A stretch of DNA of 64,000 bases from Octopus vulgaris. Its lineage: Eukaryota. Location: contig OX597816.1 of the NCBI GenBank assembly GCA_951406725.2, positions 99,758,001 through 99,822,000 of the forward strand, given 5' to 3'. Below, one piece after another: positions 40,736 to 55,988 of the stretch. Each line of letters begins with the position of its first letter. The first letter of the stretch is position 1. The notes beneath the pieces are model-generated. The model saw nothing but the letters and a program-made list of their open reading frames with translations, made no database searches and was not told where the DNA came from. The position numbers were made by a program, and so were the translations under genes.

Positions 40736-41099
40736 TTAAGCTGTAAGGCAACAAAAATCATTTATTAGCAAGAAAATAATGTTTTCTTCCTTGAATAAAA
40801 AGCAATCAGTGTTTTCTTTTCATTAAAAAAATAATTAAGCATGCCTTTATTTCAATAAAACTTTTGGTTTTGTTAAACGAAGTTAAGGCAAAAAAAAACT
40901 TCTTGAGAAACCAAAAAGTCTTTCCTTCCTTCATGCCAAGTTTGAAGAAAATATCTCTTTTGCATCTTACATTTTTTGGTCTCTTAAATATACTGCATTT
41001 TGTGGCATTATTTCAAGCCCGCTGGCTTTTTTTGTGCAAACTGCACGTGCATTTCTCTTAGGTATGCATAGTATCAATCATAACAGCTGATGTACTTGT

Positions 41100-41291
41100 G
41101 TGTACAAATGCACGTTCCTACGGCTTTATTGATCCCATTCTCACATGGAATCGATTTTTGTAATTTTTTCAAGACTTATACATGCCCTGATACTGTCGGT
41201 ATCTACATATCAAATTTGAGCACAATTGGATAGAGGATGCCCGAGATCCTAGAAGACACACAGACAGACAGAACAGATTTTATATAATAGA
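41100..41291 (-). mobile_element. Helitron 5' portion
   Basis: Minus strand starts a|tctattatataaaatctgttctgtctgtctgtgtgtc...ccaattgtgctcaaatttg, similar to the 22404 start. Confidence 0.6.
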
Positions 41292-44200
41292 TATACATAC
41301 ATACGGTGCAGTCAGCTGAAAATTCTGTGTACCAGATGTGATCATGATAGAATGCACTCCATTTCAGAACCTTTGTCTCAATGGCTTTACAGTACACCAG
41401 CAAGTGTAAAATAGTAATTGTAAATTATTAATATTATTTTCAGATGTCATATGTATGAAATTTTCTAATTTATATAATAAATATTTTACAATTTGTAAGA
41501 GGTGAATTATAAAGTTGGCTATGTTTGATGCATCCCATTCTCATGAGACTGATACTAACTAATGTCTGTTTTGAACATTTGTAAAGCAGTTAGGACTAGG
41601 GGAGGGTAAATTCCAGAAAACTGCAGTCTTTGATATAATGGAGTTTGTTAGGAGCCACACCACTGGAGACTACAATGAAATCTGACAGGAAACTTCTGAT
41701 GAGAAAAGATGTACCTGTTGGTGAGTAACTTAGGTAGGAAGTTCATATGTCAGATGTGCTTGATGGCTTTGAACATGTCAGGAGTAATAACTCTACATCC
41801 ACTAAAGTTTTCAATGGTTACACATTTGGAAGCCAGTCTCTGATATATCTACTTTATAGAAACTATATTAGTTATCAGCAAGGAGTATAAGAGACTCAAA
41901 TCAAGGAAGTGGTTGTTTATAATTCTTTCCATCATTTTCATGTCTTCAAGTTGTTGGAATCTATATCAGAAAACCTCAACTAATACTGATCATAAGCAGA
42001 ATACACACACACACACACACACACACATAGGACCCCCTGGGTCAAACATGCTCATTATTCAAATGACCTCATTAATCACATGATCAATGCAAAATGCTAT
42101 ATTAGCAAGCCCAACCATACTCTCATTCTTTTTATCCTCTAATATTTCCAGGAATGGTCATTTGTATTAAAAGTTATCCCAGATTTCAAGGTGCTAAATA
42201 ACTGAGACACACAACTTCCTTTTGGTCTGAGGTTTGACAGTTACAAGTTTTACTTATGAGAAGATACTCAATCAGGCATAGTAAAAATAACAAACTACAA
42301 AGTAATTATGTGATGTTGATTACTTATAGTGATAAACAGTATATCACTGAGACACTTACTTACAACTGTACACCACAATAGTGAAGATTATATGTTTGCT
42401 AAATGTACAATTCAGCTTCAGTGTTAATGCACAGATTAACACTGTTGATGCAAACAGTTGTAATGCTGATCAATAGGTACCATCTTATAAGAAAAGTTTT
42501 ACTAGGGGAAGAAAAATCCTGCTTAAAATAGTAACAATAATGATGATCCCACAACAGATTGTGTTGTAGAGTTGCAATTTAAGATCCCTGCACACCACCA
42601 CCAGGGGCAGAGATAGCTACCCACAAGTGTCAGCCCTCTGAGTCAGAGTGGCTGTTCCAGCACATCTCCCTTGCCATCTTTCAGGGCAGCACCTTCTCCA
42701 TTTTGTCTGCTGTGACCATGATATAGTTTGACAAGCCTTTTTTAATTTTTCTCTCCTGTGAGGTTATGCTTGTATTCACCAATTTAATTGATTTGTTTGC
42801 ACATTTACTCATGTTTAGACAGTTGAAGATATTGTCATGGCTACAATGATGTTTGATCTTACATCAATCTGTTCAATCAGGACTGACCTGGGATTAAACA
42901 GACAAGTTTTGGTCGCCAAGTTTCAGAGTGTTGGAAATCACTGCCATGCAAAGCACATTCTCATCTTTCAGCATTTAACAATTGTTTTAACAACTTCTTA
43001 CGCAAACCAAACTGAAGATGATATGTTTTATACTTCTTCCACCTGAGGAATTCAGGTCAATATTGCAGTATTGTTTGTAAAAATCATCATTAGCTTTAGA
43101 GTGCTTTCACTGTTATTAGTAGCAAGCTGTACCATAGTGATGTGCTTTTTATACATAAAGGAATGAGCTATTGAGTGCTGTATATCTTAAATATGAAGAC
43201 CATTATCATAATATGGATTATTAACCTTTTTGTTGGCTGTCTACCACCAAGTATAGATTTTTAAATGAGTAGATTATCATGCACATGTTTTAATAGATGT
43301 AAATAAATTTTAATATTAAATATTGTCTATAAATTGATGGTAATGTTATATGCATGTATACACTATGAAAACTTTCCAGACTCAAGGATAGTTCTAATTG
43401 TTCCATATTTCAGTTGCAATTCTCTGATAGATGAATTACATGAAATTGTACCAAACAAACTATGATTAAATAGTATTTCCTCCCCAATACTACATTTAAC
43501 CTTCTCCCCCAGACCATAATCTAATTTTCTATTACTATACTGACAGACGTACACTAATCATTATTTTTGCTCAGCTTTTCATTGTTTTTTTCCTCTTTCT
43601 TTTCCCTCCTGTTTCCAATTTTGATAACAAAATACTGAACCATTGAAATTTCCCATGATATTTCTTTAAATCATGACAAATTTGTAGAAATTTTTTTAGC
43701 CATTTATTTGATGTATCTTGTAGTTTTAAATCTTGACATATTACATTAACTCAAAATACAGATTGCTGAATAAAATTGTTCCAGTTTTTACATCTTTGTT
43801 ATTGACAATTTCTGACATTTTTTTCTGCTGGAAAACTAAGTTATTTGTTAACAATCAAGAATCATTTTTTTTTTCAGTCTATTCCAATGGCTTTCAAGTC
43901 TTAAAAACCATATCCTCAATGCTGTTAGAATGACATTTCTATCAATGCAGAATAAATAGATGAGAAACTTCAATAAATAATATTAATAATAATAATATAA
44001 TGATGCTGATGATGTTGATGATTTCTTGCGTGATGATTATGAGGTTAAATCATGCTAACAATAACAAAAGGAATTTCATGCATTGATGCAAGGCTTTACA
44101 TTTATAGTGGAGAAATACAATCAGTGACTTCCAGTACTCGAGTAATAATTATTTTAGTAATACTAGAAAGATTAAAGGAAAATTCCCACACACAGACCCT

Positions 44201-47039
44201 CCCCCACCACCATCAAGCAGGATTTGAACTCAGAACATAGAAGAATGTAAGCAAGTATTTATTTTCCAGAAATCCTGCTATTCACCACTTTACACAAATA
44301 ATATTGATGATCTGTTGTTTATTAAACATGTGTTATACAATAGAGTTAAAAAACATGTGGGAATATACATACACATATCAAATGATAGTGGTGGGGCTAC
44401 AAAATATAATGCAATATCTTGAAAGAGGTTACAAATTTAACAAACATAATAACTAAACAACTTACGCACAAAGAGGTGGAAACCTTCCACTGAGACACCT
44501 AGATAGATTCAGGATTATCTTAAGATTCTAATCATCTTCAATTCTAATCACCTTCAGTAAACTGAATTCTTTGAAAGTGCCTATGAACAACTTCAGCCTT
44601 AGTCAAGACATGCACAGTTCAGCTTTCTTTGGGTAATCATCTCTTACCTGTTTACATCATGTATTTGTACATGTTTGAGTATATGTACATACATGTATGT
44701 ATATAGTCATTTACATGTAGGTGCATAGGTATATTTTGTTTGTGTGTGTATCTGTATATGAAAGACAAATTCTTTATATCTAGGTATATGTGTTTGTTTA
44801 GATACTTGTTTGTATATCTATATAAATGTCCCTGTATAAAGATATATGTGCAAGTACTGCTCTGTGTGCTTGTATGTATAAGCTTGCATACGCAGGCACG
44901 CTGTGAGTTTGAGAAGGCACATGGTCAAGAGAGATAAAACTTTGTCTGAACATGAAAGATTCTACTGAGGTTTTCTATTGTTTTAGTTTTTGCTTATGTG
45001 GTGGCCAATTATTGCAACACCCATAATATACTAGAAATCACTGCAATTCATTTGCTAAAAGAAAAATTCAGGATGCTGATGTATTAATTGTTATTGTTCA
45101 AATGTTTTTTTTCTTTTATTCTTAAACATGTCAACGAAGAAATAAAACTATTGGAGGCAGGCTTGAAAATAGTGAACCTTACAGTTTAGACACAAGGAGA
45201 GATGCACTGTTCTAAACCTAATCAATCTTGTGAAGAAAGTAAAACAAATATCCACAGAAATATCTCTGATTTCTGCTATTATGGCTTTAACTTAACCAAT
45301 CTCTCCTGAGCCTTCAGCTCTCACCCATGACCTAGCTGTCATTATTTATAACAAATATTTCATATCCAGTTATCTGATAAGAACAGGGCTAAAATATTAA
45401 ATCAGAAAATTGCTCTGAAGTGAGTCTCAGAAATGAGATGACACATGTTCAAGGGAATCAATAATGAAGGTGCTACTGTTAATGAAGATAATCATGGTAG
45501 TGGGGGAATGTTAGTGGTGATGATAATATTTAACTGACCTATGGAAAAATTCTTTCCAGCTTTAACTACTATCTCCTATTCAGACAAAATATATTGAAGA
45601 CAACATTATCCAAAATATTCTGGTTTCAAGATGATAGGCTCTGGTTTCAGAGATTTGACTATTATTTATAGCAGGTTGCATAACCACATAGAGACTCTCT
45701 CATGATATAATCTTCACTACTGCTCAACATCCCATTGAACTCAAGCATCAAGCATACATTCTTAAGACAATGATTGATAGAACCTATCACCATTTTGATC
45801 TGGTAGTGAGTGACAATCAGAGCTATAAAAAGTCAACACTTGAACACAAATATGCATACACATACATACATACACACGCACGCACACACACACACACACA
45901 CACATGCACACAGAATCAAGCTCCTCCATTCAAGCATTCTCATCCCACTCATCTCTCTTCCTTCTATCATCCAGGCCCTACTCTAATCATTATACCCATT
46001 CCTTACTTTCCATAATATCAGCCCACTGGAATTCCCAGCTTGTTTACAAAGGGAACATTATTGGCATTATTCGTGCTAGTCTAGGAGGGTATGCAAATGC
46101 TGTGGATACTCCACCTTACTCCTGACCCAACAAATGAAAAATTCATACATTATCTATCAACTAATTCTACCCATTAAGATATCGGTTGACCAGTGTTGTA
46201 GCAGAAGACACTTGCTCAAGGTGCTGCACTGTGTAACTGAATCCATACTCATGTGGTTGCAAAGAGAACTATCTGATCATACAGCCATATCTGTACCTAC
46301 ACACACACATTATGATTGACACTGATTAGAAATTAGGTGATAAAGTATACAAAATACCTGCTTTTACACAGGTATGGATTGGATGAGTTTGCAAATTATT
46401 ATTCAGAAAAAATTTAATCTAAATATGCAAACATATTTAGTAATGTTTAATCACTGCTGCCATTCTACTCTATGTCAGTAGTTTTAGCAATAACTTGTAC
46501 TCACTATAATTTATTGATGGAAGAGATGATAAATCTGTGGAATTATCTTTGTGTGACATTCGAGGTATCGATTTCATAAATGTTAAATTTAAATACATTT
46601 AGTCAATGGAGCTAGAATATTCCCTTGGAACAAAAATACATACTGATATATAGAAATACTGTTACGTTATCCTTTGTTAATAAAGACAAAGCAACTGGAT
46701 AATTATTTACAGAGCTAATGTTAAATGTTATATGGAACTAAAAATATAAGTAAAGATCTATGTCATTTTTATTTTGTTCAATCTGTTTCTGCTGCAACTA
46801 GCAAGAATATTTGGAATAAGTTCACTGAATTTAATGTCATGTCCTGAAATATCTGAAGTCATTATATGAAGCCTAATGGCTATATGATTAAAGTATTTTT
46901 CTGCTGACCAAATGGTTAGAGTTCAGATCTCACTATTACTACTTGCTGTGCACCTGATTGAAGTATCTAAATGTACTGGTTCCCATTTGTCTAACTCTTT
47001 AAAACAAAGGGATAAAGGGATAAAGCTCTTTCCCAAGTC

Positions 47040-47232
47040 ATATACATGCATACGGCTAGTTTTCTGATTCTGTGGCATATATGCTCCCTTCCCAGATGGG
47101 TTGCCTGTGCATTGCAGGATTATTCAATTTTACTGAGTGGACTGGAGCAACACATCACCTGGTCCAGGTATCAAGACCATAATCTTACAATCATGATCAC
47201 AACACCCTAATCAGTAAGCCACATGCCTCCAC
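47040..47232 (-). mobile_element. Old tRNA-derived SINE family C (related copy ~50190-50350)
   Basis: Minus-strand head gtggaggcatgtggctta..ttagggtg..ggtcttgatacctgg. Confidence 0.55.
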
Positions 47233-48108
47233 GTTAAAACACAGGATTTACTCTTATTTCACATTCAAGCAGTAACAATGTAATCCAACTGTTATGACAA
47301 TAATTAAGCTTTCCAGAACCCAACACTCCACAATGACCAACATATACATTACAGTATATGCATTCAACATGATAACTATATATGCTTCCAAACATTATAG
47401 CCCATAAAGCAACATAAATACAACTCTCATTCACAACCATATATAAAAGCGGTGGTAACTACAAAGGTCCATCTGTCCATTCATTCTGTACTTACACAAC
47501 CCTTCCAGATTTCCTTAAAACAATTATGCAAACACACATGCATTCACATAATTTAACCATTCCCCAGATATAACTGCTCTAACAAGGAAGCCTGTATGTG
47601 ATAACTCAACCTGCCAAAAATAGTAGCCAAATTTTGATCAACCTGATCAAATTTTGATTCTGCTATCTTCCAAAAAGCCACATAAGTTAAGGTAATCTAG
47701 GATAAACAATTTCTGTAATAAAGCAAAATAGTCAGAGTTTGAATGTCTTAGTCATGGGACTAATAAATCAAGGATGAATTTGTATTAACCAACAATTTCT
47801 TTAACCTTATATCAAATGTATGACTTTAAAAAAAATACTGGCTGAATGTAGCCACTTACTAAATCCACCATTTTTCTCTTACTAGAAATACCAAAGACAT
47901 CACCTACACTTGCATAACAAAATAAAAATACTGAAAATGCATGATTACCTGGATCTACAAAGAGTACTGATTGTAATTGCAACAAGCCTCAATCACTATG
48001 CTGAGATACACAACACAAATAATCCATGCAGAGGTGCAGCAGTTGCCACTTTCTGATGAAACTCCTCATTTTCTATGCCTCTGCTGTTGCTACCACCAGT
48101 ACCTATAA

Positions 48109-48282
48109 GCTAGGGTAAATGGCACCCAAGGCAAGCCTCAAAATTGCACCCCCACCCAGGCAAAAAGTGAAAACTCTCATAGAAATGACATAATTAGAAA
48201 ATGATCTTGGTCAAAATTATGCCCCCCTCAAAGTGCTGCCCAGGGCATGTGCCTTGTCTGCTCCACCCTAGCTATGCCCCTA
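48109..48282. mobile_element. GC-rich MITE flanked by a tacctataagc duplication
   Basis: gctagggt ... accctagctatgcccct inverted ends; tacctataagc at 48100 and 48281. Confidence 0.6.
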
Positions 48283-50999
48283 CCTATAAGCATACAGAAA
48301 CTGACGGGACAATGAAGACAATGAATGTCTAGACTGTAACATTGCACTTCCATACAATTAACCTCTACATGACATAATGGGAAGTATTTCTCCCACTTGT
48401 ATAGATATATGGTAGATATGATTAGCTGATTACATATGCCTTAGGTTTGACCAGATAAAAACAGCATTATTTTAAGGATATATATTCTTCATGCAAGCAT
48501 GCAAAAAAAGACATAAAACAACACCAAAATATTTGTGCTTAAAAATTGATAAAATGTTTTCATTTCCACCACGTCCATCATCATCCTCATTACTACTACT
48601 GCTGTTACCAACCACCAGAGACATCAGTATTGTTATCATTCAAATGTTTATATTTTTTATGGTTAAGTTAGTTCAAGGATTTTAAAATATTGCATCTCAT
48701 TTTATCAGTAAAAGTTAGTGTTCCCAGATCTAAAGACTTCTTTCTGGGTTTTCCTTTTGTTTATCTATATTTTAACTACATTCAACCATAAATTCTCAAC
48801 ACATTTTCATGCAATTGCATCATCTATTCACACTACATATCCATACTGATGAAAGGTCTCTCTCTCATTCTCTCTCTCTTGCATACACTGATTGATGCTT
48901 CTGATACTCAACTACTTTTTCAAATGCTTTAAATCAATCTTTTAAGTTAACATCACACATCTAAGACATGATACTAGATGAATTCATTTCACATACTTCT
49001 AGCTTTTACATTTATAGTCCATGTTTTACAGGGAAACATTAATTACATTTCTTGAACAAACTTCATATGATTTACTTTTTGCATGGGAAGAAATACCTTT
49101 TGTTTTGTTATCGTTGAATAGCTGTGATGCCTTCTGCTTGAACAGGTCTGTAGCATAGAAGAAGCCAACTAAATGATTAAGATCAACCTAGAAGTCCAGA
49201 ATCTAGAGATAAGTAAATATAAGATGTTCTGTATATCAATGAGGGCAGAACTTCAGTATTTAACCAACATTGTAAACATAGCAGCCTTGTTTTTATTGTT
49301 GGGTGGGTTGTCATGAAATTTTATAACTTAAAATAGGAAGCTTATTTTTAAAGATAATAGGGTGTTTGTTAAGGAAGTGTTAGCTGCTACCCTGAGATTA
49401 TCAAAAAATAGATACACAATCCATTGCAAAGTTATAGAAAAGAATTTGTTGCCATGAAGTCGGAGTTCTCAAAATTTCAATTATATTTGATTATATCAAT
49501 TGAATAGTTTTTTAATGTCTGAGGTATTACTTAATTAATTGAAAATTCATATCAGAACATTTTCGTGACAATAATTAGTTAGTATGTTAAATACTAACAT
49601 ACAAGATATTATTAGAAATACTAAATTTACATGAAGTCTTTAAATCTGTGTTAGATCTAACTTGGAAATATTGTCGAACTGTCAGTTTAATTGAATCTTC
49701 AGTTGTCAAGTGCAATAATACATCTTACTCTTCAGCTGAAACTAATATTTGGTTCTTCAAATATGTATTGGAAAGCATGAATTTCCATTATATGACTATC
49801 TGTCATTTTATATATATTTAGTATTATTTTGAAATTGTCTGGCTGGTGTATCAACGAATCTGGTATAAAACATTCCTTCTGTGTTCTGGGTTCAAGTCAC
49901 ATCTACTTAATTTAAACATTTGAGTTTGTTGTTGTGTAGCCTTACATTAGCTCAAAGTGACCTGAGTTATGGTACATAATTTGACTGTAAAATTGAAAAG
50001 TTCAACCCACAGATTTATTGATCCATGTATATGTGTGCATGTATATGAATATCACTGTATTGACCAAACTCTCAATGTTGTTAAACACTGTTGATCACAA
50101 TGCACTTACATTGTTGTAGCTTTCAAATGATGTCACTCTGTTGCCCAAGCAGACAAGTTTATGGCATCTAAGTAGCTGAAATTATGATATTACTCCTATA
50201 CAGAACACCAGTCTGTTGCAAGGTATCTCACTTGCAGGTAGGTGAACTGATGTGTTTTGTTCAAGAACCCAACACACTGTCCTAACCAGGAACTGAAACC
50301 ACAATCTTTCATTTATGAGTGCAGCCCCTAACCACTACACCACATACCTCTATATATATACACACGCACACATTTAATTAGAGGTTAAATTATCCTCATG
50401 AAGGGGCGGTATCATCCAATGAATTACTGGTTCAATACCTAATATTTGTTGTGAATAATAATGTTCATAAAACAATAGGTTTATATATAGATCAGGATGC
50501 TTATACCTGTCTCCTTTCATAAGCTCTTCCTCCCAGCTTTCATAACAATTTTTCTATCGTCTTGGCTTCACAGCCATCACCATTTGTTTTTACTATCTTG
50601 TTCTCACTGTCCTGTTCTTGTTACCACTTTCACCCTCAAAACATAAGGATAGACAAAATGCCACTAAGCATTTTGCCCAACATGTTGACAATTCTGCCAA
50701 CTCACCACTTTTGTTATTGATAATATTAATAGATAATCTAGTGTCAGCTGTTGCCAGCTTAGTGATCTGATAAAGTGTACTCTATAAGATATAATGTTAC
50801 ATGCATCAGGATTGAACTAAAAATCGAGCCCTACTGTATGGTCTGTTGTGCATAATTAACAATATTTGGCTTGTAATCTACCAGTCTAAGTTTATAATCA
50901 CAATGACCCTAAACCTTAACCTTTTAATAGACATTTTCATTCATTGATTATTTTAGCTGACAGCTCAATATTCATTTACCTTGCACCTTAACATTCTTT

Positions 51000-51413
51000 G
51001 GATCTTTTTGGTTTGAACGGCAGTTTTTTCTAGCGGTGTCATATGAAATTGTCACCCATAGTTATGACCCTAGTATCGATCTATTGCATTTCAATCTGTT
51101 TTAGAGTTAGGGTTAGGGTGGGGGAAGAGTATCTTTTTTTCTTCACAAATGTAAATAAACCCAATCTGTTTCTTAAACGAGGGACATATTCATACGGCAC
51201 AGAATGTTTTTTACCTCAATAGACGTCAGTGATTTGTTGAAATTGCCGAAATTGAAGAAAAAAACAACAAATATCTTACAAACTATAGAATTTTCTCAAT
51301 AAAGCCAAGAGAAAAAGATGTTTTATAAACACATTCTACCAGTATACGAAGTTTAAAATTTTTTAGTTACCTAGAAATTATGTTAAAAACTGCTGTTCAA
51401 ACTGAAAAGATCC
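51000..51413. mobile_element. MITE with ~29 bp TIRs and 8-bp TSD
   Basis: cattcttt|ggatctttttggtttgaacggcagttttt ... aaaaactgctgttcaaactgaaaagatcc|cattcttt. Confidence 0.85.
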
Positions 51414-52090
51414 CATTCTTTTACTATATACCGTTAATTCTTTCAGTGATGTCTTCATATTATATCATGTCTTAACATTCTTTCACCTGATGCATTCACA
51501 TTCCTTTACTGCTCACTTTAAACATTCTTTTACTTAACACCATAACATTCTTTTACTTGATATCTTAAAATTCTTTTACTCGATATCTTTGTGATAACTG
51601 CTGTGTATCTTCAACAATTCTCCCTTTACAACAATTTCGTAGAAACTTTGTCATTAAATGCATTTTAATTTTGCCTCTCTCTCTGTTTCTGAATCACAAC
51701 TATCCATGGGATCACTGCTTATCTCCAGTTTCCATGAGAGCATGAGAGACAAAAATTTCTTGATCTTATAGCAAATTGTCCTTTATGTGGGGGTTGGAGA
51801 TTGAACTCTGCACACTAAGTCAATAAATCCCAATCACAAAGTAATTCAATTGTTTACAGTGGGGAATTATATCACCTTCAGTAACAACTTGTAGCTCTGG
51901 AGATTGTACTATAGGGAGTAGATGTCTTGGCCATGACAACACAGTACATCTGAATGGGCTTGTCTACTGGTTACTTGATATTCAATTGACTTGGCTATTG
52001 AGACTCATACTAATCCCTTTTTTAAAAGCAGAAAATTCCCATCAACTGATATCACTGAAAATCCCAACCATTTTGCTTTTCTCTATTACC

Positions 52091-52306
52091 CTTTTACTTG
52101 TTTCAGTCATTTGACTGCGACCACGCTGGAGCACTGCCTTTAGTCAAGCAAATCGACCCCAGCACTTATTTTTTGTAAGCCTAGTACTTATTCTATCAGT
52201 CTCTTATGCCGAATCGTTAAGTACGGGGACATAGATGTAAACACACCAGCATCGGTTGTCAAGCGATGTTGGGGGGACAAACACAGACACACAACCATAT
52301 ACATAC

Positions 52307-52365
<59 letters not shown>

Positions 52366-52529
52366 TACAACGGCTTCTTTCAGTTTCCGTCTACAAAATC
52401 CATTCACAAGGCTTTGGTCAGCCTGAGGCTATAGAAGAAGACATTTGCCCAAGGGGCCATGCAGTGGGACTGAACCCGGAACCATGTGGTTGGTAAGCAA
52501 GCTACTTACCACACAGCCACTCCTGCACC
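52091..52529 (-). mobile_element. Full-length SINE family A
   Basis: Reverse complement of 20491-20897. Confidence 0.9.
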
Positions 52530-53599
52530 TTTTGTAAAGAATTATTAATCCTAACATAAGGTAGTAGGTTTTTGTAGTACGGTTGGAATCCACAACCTTA
52601 TTTCAGTTCATGTCAGAAACTAATTTAATTCAATTACACTGTTACTGACCTTCAGAAAGACATGAAACTCACAAAATTTCATACAAACATTGCTAGGTAT
52701 GTATAAGTTACAAATCCATATTTCAGTGTAAATTATAGATATTGAAACACCCTATGTTTCCCTTTAAAAGATTTCTGCATTCAAGCTTCTGTAAGAGACT
52801 GCTGTGCTGTTTCTAAAGATATTGCTATAGGCCACACTTAGTATAAATGCATGCATACATATGTATATGCATGTATGTATGCATATATGTATGTACACAT
52901 ATATGTATGTACGCATGTATATATGTATGTAAATATTCATGTATGTATGTACACATGTATATATGTATGTACGCATGTATGGTGGAGGTGTGGTTGATGT
53001 AAATATCTGTATGGTTGGGGAAAGTGAAAGAATAAGAGTGATTTAGGAAAGAGTTGTTAAGTGGCAGTACAGAAAGAGAAGAGATATGCTGTATAACAGA
53101 CCTGTAGGTAGATCAGAAAATAAGTAGATTATGTACAGGCTGGAAGAGTGAGTGTAAGAGGTTGAGAGAGAGAAAGAGTGAGAGATGTATAGTGACAGCG
53201 ATAGTTATCTGAGGTATTGTAGCAGTGGCTATAGTAAGTGGGGATCAAAGATGGGAGGGGAGACCTCCAACAGCAGACATGATAGGGTAATGAGAATGAC
53301 AGCAGATAAGAGAGTGTTAAAAATAATGTAACGGTAGTTCTTTAGGTAATTATAAACAGTTATATTTTCACCAGGAATGTGTGAATGACTGAGTCTACAG
53401 GGTGTTGAGCAAGTGGTTGAGACAGGCGTTGGTAATTTGTTTTACTACCACCAGAACTGTTAAATGTTCAAAGCCAAGAAACATAGCCCTCAAATATTCA
53501 GTTCACTAGCTGAGTGATAAAGATCAATAGAGTAAGTGGTAACAGCAACACTATATACTTGGTCAGTGGTTTACTTGCTTGTAGTGCTAAGTTCACTTC

Positions 53600-53770
53600 G
53601 CTCATACAGAAACAGTTGTAATATTTTGGACATTCTGAGTTCAAATTCTACCAAGGTTTACTTTGCCTTTCATCTTTACGGAGTTGATAACATAAGCATC
53701 AGTTGAGCACTGGGGTTGATGTCATTGACTTACCCACTTACCCAAAATTGTACAAAAATTTAAAACTAAA
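53600..53770 (+). mobile_element. SINE family B
   Basis: ttctgagttcaaattct...ctttgcctttcatctttacggagttgataa. Confidence 0.7.
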
Positions 53771-53889
53771 AATTCAGCATCCTGCCCAGGGACAAATTTT
53801 ACTCTTATTCAATTGATACCCATAGAATACTCAAAAAAACTAAGTCATATGTACTAAGCTATGGGACTCTTGAAGTTCGTGAAAGGTTT

Positions 53890-54780
53890 TACCATTACCA
53901 CCACCACTATAAGTGCTAATGTTTCCTCCATAATATCATTGCAAATCGCAATGCTATTGCCATCAATTCTTTGATCACTATGAATATCCTCATTTGTTCA
54001 GCAAGTCTACTGTTACCCCTCACTGTAGCTATTATCATAAGCTCTAACATCACCACTTCCAAGATTTCCATCATCCCAGCTATCAATACTAACTCTATCA
54101 CTTCTTCCACTACTACTCTTACTACTAACACCATCATTACTACCACATTCATTAATTTGAGAAAATCACCAGAAACAGTATCAACAACAACAGTAAAAAT
54201 ACTGCTTTTAGAGTCAGCACTTACATATTATTGATGACAGTAACAGCACCAACACTACTTCAACTACTTTGTTCATTACTCCTGTGTATTGAAGCATTCG
54301 CCACCACTACCAACAAATGTACTAACCACATCACTGCAATAACTACCACCATCATCAACATTACTAGCCTCCTCCAGTACTACTACTACTACTACCACTA
54401 TTACTACACTACTACAACTACTACTACTACTGCTGCTGCTACTACTACTACTACTACTACTACTACTGCTACTACTACTACTACTACTACTACTAATAAT
54501 AATAATAATGATAATAATAGAACCACCACTCCCCATCACCATCAATATCATCACCACCACTATAACCATCACTACCAGCACCACCACCACCACTATCATC
54601 ATCACCAGCACAACCATCACCAACACCACTATCATCATCATCATCACCACCACTACCATAAACACCACTACTATCATCACCATCATCACCACCAAAAGCA
54701 CCTCAGCACCAACACCAGTACCTCTATCATATCACCAGATACCTTCAGCATCAAGATGATTACTATCTCCGTCTTCATCA
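53890..54780. repeat. Compound trinucleotide low-complexity tract (ACT/CAT/CAC/AAT)
   Basis: Runs of (act)n, (aat)n, (cat)n and (cac)n. Confidence 0.9.
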
Positions 54781-55284
54781 TTGATAAAACTATCTCAGCA
54801 CAGTTTCATGTATCAGGTTACTTGGTAGATACACGAGTGCATACATAGTTGCATAAAATCAGGATGGCTGCAGCAGTTTACATCAGGGTGCAGTGCATAT
54901 GGACAGTAAGCTTATATATCACAGACTGTTAAAATTAGAGATGTTCCTTGTCTCTGAATGTACTATCATTGGAAGTTATATATTAATAGAAGCTAGTTTC
55001 ATATGTATGTTTATATATGCGTAAATAGATAAGTATATGTAGGTATATATTTATGTGTGCGTATTTGAGTGTTTGTATGAACAAATACATATCTAGACAT
55101 ATAATAAAATGCATGCATATATGTATATATATCTACATAAATAAATAATATATACATGCATAAATAATATGTATGTAAGAATGTATGTATTTATGTATGT
55201 ATGGAAATATATGCATCCATATATCTATATATGAATATATCTTTCACTTTCCACCTCTCTCTCTCTCACTTTCTCTGTCTCTGC

Positions 55285-55340
<56 letters not shown>

Positions 55341-55724
55341 GTGTGTGTATACATGCATATATGTGTGTGTATGTATATATATGTGCATATATTTAAATAT
55401 ATATGTATATATGCAATGTATACATATGTACATGTGTGTGTGTGTGTGTGTGTATGTGTTAGACATGACAGCAAACATTAAAGCAAGACAAACATCTCAA
55501 GTCGTATACAATATTATTATAGGAAGAAATTCAAAATCTTACAGCTGTTTCTGGGATATCCCCAAGTATGGATATTCCATCATCAGAGACAAATAGGGAA
55601 AAAAATAGGGAAAATGAGAATGGTATATATTAATGAGATGACGACATAGAGAAAGGGAGTGAAAGATTAAGGAGATGGAAGAAAAAGAAGCATAAAAATT
55701 CCTAGTTCATCATTCCTATTTCAA

Positions 55725-55984
55725 CATTCCAGTTATTCAGGTCTCTGTACAAAATTCTTCATGGTAAAAATTTCAATTCCTTGGATGACGCAAAAAAGAT
55801 ACCTTGATGAATTCTTTGCCATGAAACCACCTCAATTCTGAGAAGAGGGTATTTTCAAGTTAAAGGAAAGATGGAGACACATTGTGCAACAAAATGGTTC
55901 ATATTTGGTTGATTAAAAATGTAATAGCAAGTATTTATTGACCTTCTTCTTTCCATTGGCACAAACTTTCTGGACAACCCAATA
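55725..55984 (+). mobile_element. Mariner transposase C-terminus and right TIR
   Basis: LHGKNFNSLDDAK/YLDEFFAMKPPQF*EEGIFKLKERWRHIVQQNGSYLVD*; ends actttctggacaacccaa|ta. Confidence 0.85.
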
Positions 55985-55988
55985 TCAA

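Noticed and set aside
44480-44560. Minus-strand ctgaagg/tgaagatg...tgaatc hammerhead-like remnant
   Set aside because: Core too degenerate (no GAAA) to support
50905-51125. Interstitial telomere
   Set aside because: Only two or three TTAGGG-like units, mostly internal to a MITE
53916-54848. 205-aa Thr/His/Asn-rich ORF with hydrophobic start
   Set aside because: Compound trinucleotide repeat open in several frames on both strands; no domain or splice support
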